From: a virus
Taxonomy: Duplodnaviria; Caudoviricetes
IMG/VR virus record: IMGVR_UViG_3300035703_000116
Span: 1 to 56,500 of that record
Reading direction: 5' to 3' (one strand)
DNA length: 56,500 bases
Shown: positions 54,113 through 56,500 of the stretch, in pieces
Layout of the letters: the number at the start of each line of letters is the position of its first letter
How positions within the stretch are numbered: position 1 is the first letter of the stretch
Translations under genes and position numbers: made by a program
Notes under the pieces: model-generated
The model's input: the letters and a program-made list of their open reading frames with translations, nothing else
Databases searched by the model: none
Told to the model about the DNA's origin: nothing

Positions 54113-55183
54113 TCAATAATCCCACACTACTTTGGGGCGCCCTTCTCTAATTCCCGTGTGAATAAATCCTTTTGGCGCACCCTTACCTGTACTATATGCC
54201 CAGTTTCTAATACACCATTCTTGCAGCTTGTAAATGTCTGCGCCTTCGATGTACCAATCAACTGCGCCAACACCGGGGACGTTGTAAAGATGTTCTGATC
54301 GACTTGCGCCCCCAACAGCGGCATTAGCAGAAGGCGGTCTAAATCCACTCGTAATGATTATCGGTTTATTCCCAAAAGCAGTGCGTGCGCGTTCAAGAAA
54401 AGCAGCAAGTTCTGCTGCTGTATCAAGCTGATATTGATGTTGAAATCTGCGTTCTTCTTTGTCCAGCGCAAATTCACCAAGTCTGATGTGCGGGGTGATG
54501 CGAGATGAGAAAGGGCTACTGGGGCGCAGCTTGCTGGTCTCTGGGTCGGCGGCAACGGAATCCTTGGCCCATAGCGCCCCTTCGGCCTTACGACGCCTTA
54601 GGAGGCCGGCCTCGACGTTGCTGCCGGGGTTGCGATACAGCTCCATCGCTGCAGGCACCTGCCTCCAGTCTTTTTCACGCAAGCGCTTGCTGATTGTTTC
54701 AAAGCCAGCACTCCCGTAAAATCCTGCGCCTAAATTGTAAGCAAAACTGATGAGCGCACTTTGTTGATTTGCGCCCATTGCATTCCAAAAAGGAATCGTT
54801 GCGCGCAGTTTTTCTGCGATTCGCTCAACCTCAATCTTTAGCAGTTGATCGGCGTCAATGACTGTAATTTTGTCGCCTCGCTGTACTTTGCGCCCATCCG
54901 AATAACGGGTTGTTCCATATCCAATCGTCGCAACATCCCAACCGTGCAATGGGTCTGGATAAGCGCTAAGATGACACCCCTCAAACTCTTTAATGAGTTT
55001 TATCGCTGAATCATAATTAGCAAAGGCGGACGGTTTTTGCTCGGGCGAAGCACGAAAAAGCTCAAGGAATTCTTTTTGCTGCTCTTTTGTTAGCAGCGCC
55101 CAAGCATAATTCCAAGCAGCAATTTGATGCGACTCTGGATGCTGTTTATCAGTCCAGCGTGCGGCAGAAAGGAAGTCGCTCAT
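54113..55183 (-). CDS. Endolysin: GH24 lysozyme fused to peptidase M15
   Basis: IKEFEG..AYPD..TIGYG, SFAYNLG, GLLRRRKAE; then ITSGFRP..N..VGGASRSEH..AVD..FIH. Confidence 0.92.
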   Translation of the reverse strand: MSDFLSAARWTDKQHPESHQIAAWNYAWALLTKEQQKEFLELFRASPEQKPSAFANYDSAIKLIKEFEGCHLSAYPDPLHGWDVATIGYGTTRYSDGRKVQRGDKITVIDADQLLKIEVERIAEKLRATIPFWNAMGANQQSALISFAYNLGAGFYGSAGFETISKRLREKDWRQVPAAMELYRNPGSNVEAGLLRRRKAEGALWAKDSVAADPETSKLRPSSPFSSRITPHIRLGEFALDKEERRFQHQYQLDTAAELAAFLERARTAFGNKPIIITSGFRPPSANAAVGGASRSEHLYNVPGVGAVDWYIEGADIYKLQEWCIRNWAYSTGKGAPKGFIHTGIREGRPKVVWDY

Positions 55184-55455
55184 CGTGATTTACGCTGAGT
55201 CCGAATGGCGTTCTTGATCGGATTATAAAGAAGTGCCAGGGCTTCAACCGTGCTATCGGAAACATTCCCTTTATTGAATTTTGCAGCTAAGTAGGAGATT
55301 TCAGATTCAACAACAGCAGGGGGCGCACCATTGACAATTGCCACTGGCACTGAAATATCAAGCTTTTCGTAGATCCTGGGAAGCGCTTCTCTGACTGCCT
55401 TGTCAAGAGAAATTCTTAACAGAATCTTTGCCAGTTCAACGAGGAGTGCTTTCAT
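55180..55455 (-). CDS. Hypothetical lysis-module protein
   Basis: ATGA overlap with endolysin. Confidence 0.6.
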   Translation of the reverse strand: MKALLVELAKILLRISLDKAVREALPRIYEKLDISVPVAIVNGAPPAVVESEISYLAAKFNKGNVSDSTVEALALLYNPIKNAIRTQRKSR

Positions 55456-55481
55456 TCTCTTGAGAGCATGTCCTCTTCAGG

Positions 55482-55745
55482 CTACTCAGCGTTTCGGCTT
55501 AGCGAGATCAGCGTAGTCAACACTGTCATTAAAACAGTAATTGTTCTGTTGTCTACATCGTTGCAGCCAAAAGGTGTTATGTCAATTCTTGCGCCCTGCT
55601 CTGTTCCAACATATTTTGCGTACCACGGCCAAACAGTTGGGAGTGTGTAAAAACGACAGGCACCCCATTGGACAAGTGCAGTTATTGCTATAACCGCAGA
55701 AATTGTCATTACTGATCGTTGCAGCCAAGTAGGCATTACTTCCAC
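55482..55745 (-). CDS. Putative holin (two TM segments)
   Basis: Two hydrophobic helices, upstream of endolysin. Confidence 0.5.
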   Translation of the reverse strand: MEVMPTWLQRSVMTISAVIAITALVQWGACRFYTLPTVWPWYAKYVGTEQGARIDITPFGCNDVDNRTITVLMTVLTTLISLSRNAE

Positions 55746-55993
55746 ATGTGACGTGTCTTAAGCTTTAGGTCGTCAACGGTATCTTCTACTTTTTCTACTC
55801 TAGTTTCAAGAACCGTAACCCTTTGTCCGATCGCTGTCAATCTTTCAAGAATTAAATCAAGTCGCTGTGGAACGGTAAATGCAATAAACCCAATCCCGCA
55901 TGTCGCCATTAAAATCAACCCCGCCGCTACCTGCTCTTCTACGCCCTTCCAGTTGAACAGCGTTCGCGGCTTATTCTGGCTGTCCTCTGCCAT
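55736..55993 (-). CDS. TM plus coiled-coil protein (holin/antiholin-like)
   Basis: One TM helix then a leucine-zipper-like region. Confidence 0.55.
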   Translation of the reverse strand: MAEDSQNKPRTLFNWKGVEEQVAAGLILMATCGIGFIAFTVPQRLDLILERLTAIGQRVTVLETRVEKVEDTVDDLKLKTRHMWK

Positions 55994-56017
55994 GGCGCAA
56001 AAGCGTTCTCTTGCAGC

Positions 56018-56155
56018 CTAGCGGCCTTGGCCACGCAGCTTTTTCTTGCCACGACGCTTGGGGCGTGAATTTTGACCGTAGCCCTGACTTGTTGTTTTGG
56101 GGCGCCCTGCTTTGTGATCAATGCGTGCAACCCCAGTCTTTGCTTTAGCGACCAT
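56018..56155 (-). CDS. Small basic protein
   Basis: 45 aa ...RPKTTSQGYGQNSRPKRRGKKKLRGQGR. Confidence 0.68.
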   Translation of the reverse strand: MVAKAKTGVARIDHKAGRPKTTSQGYGQNSRPKRRGKKKLRGQGR

Positions 56156-56157
56156 TG

Positions 56158-56295
56158 CTATTTCCTCTTTTTAGATTTACGAGCAATGACAAGCTTGCCA
56201 TCTTTTTCTTTCACTGTCATTCCGGCTTTTTCCGTTTGCCGCTTCAGTGAATTGTATTTTTGAGCGACTGTTAGTTTTTTGCTTTTTGATTTCAT
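56158..56295 (-). CDS. Small basic protein
   Basis: 45 aa MKSKSKKLTVAQKYNSLKRQTEKAGMTV. Confidence 0.62.
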   Translation of the reverse strand: MKSKSKKLTVAQKYNSLKRQTEKAGMTVKEKDGKLVIARKSKKRK

Positions 56296-56309
56296 GATGG
56301 CGAAGCAAG

Positions 56310-56344
56310 AAAAAGCCCATGCGTCTTAAAAATTGCGCATGGGC
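56310..56344 (-). terminator. Intrinsic terminator
   Basis: GCCCATGCG-caatttttaaga-CGCATGGGC-TTTTT. Confidence 0.75.
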
Positions 56345-56362
56345 GTGAGATCAGACCTGCAA

Positions 56363-56500
56363 TCAGCCAGCGTTCCAAGGCACACCAGCAGCCTTACTCG
56401 GACTGTGCTGTTCGTCGAGCTGGGCTTGCAGTGCCGCCTCGATCTCGGCAACCTTCTCATCGCCACCGAGAGCTTCCTTGACCCAGCCGATCACCAGCTC
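56363..56500 (-). CDS. C-terminus of tail-fibre-associated small protein (partial)
   Basis: ELVIGWVKEALGGDEKVAEIEAALQAQLDEQHSPSKAAGVPW. Confidence 0.65.
   Translation of the reverse strand, partial: ELVIGWVKEALGGDEKVAEIEAALQAQLDEQHSPSKAAGVPWNAG

Noticed and set aside
1-56500. Stop-codon reassignment, DGR/retron or integration module
   Set aside because: Core genes are intact in the standard code and end in TAA, TAG and TGA; no reverse transcriptase or recombinase motifs were seen in any ORF.

Overview
This window is most of the genome of a long-tailed (sipho-like) dsDNA phage. A cyanobacterial host, probably a picocyanobacterium, is inferred from the cyAbrB-like regulator and the RpoD-family sigma factor. 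Four blocks are visible. (1) 1-17.5 kb, minus strand: morphogenesis genes (TerL, portal, scaffold, major capsid, head-tail joining, tail tube, frameshifted chaperone, tape measure running off the left edge). (2) 17.7-20.7 kb: a GC-rich orphan gene, a 630-bp AT-rich non-coding tract with a 17-bp periodic repeat, a RepL-like wHTH gene and a TerS-like gene. (3) 20.9-34.7 kb, minus strand, AT-rich: about 35 small early genes punctuated by nine copies of a conserved element (stop codon, near-perfect sigma70 promoter with a dyad spacer, hairpin at +1 in eight copies, U-rich leader). (4) 34.8-54.1 kb, plus strand: replication, recombination, nucleotide-metabolism and regulatory genes, followed by a minus-strand lysis module. 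No integrase, tRNA or CRISPR array was seen. The best candidates for undescribed systems are the promoter-hairpin cassette array, the 17-bp array beside the RepL-like gene, NGU-triloop leader hairpins on the capsid and tail-tube mRNAs, and a structured RNA after ssb. All functional calls come from motif recognition by eye, without database searches.
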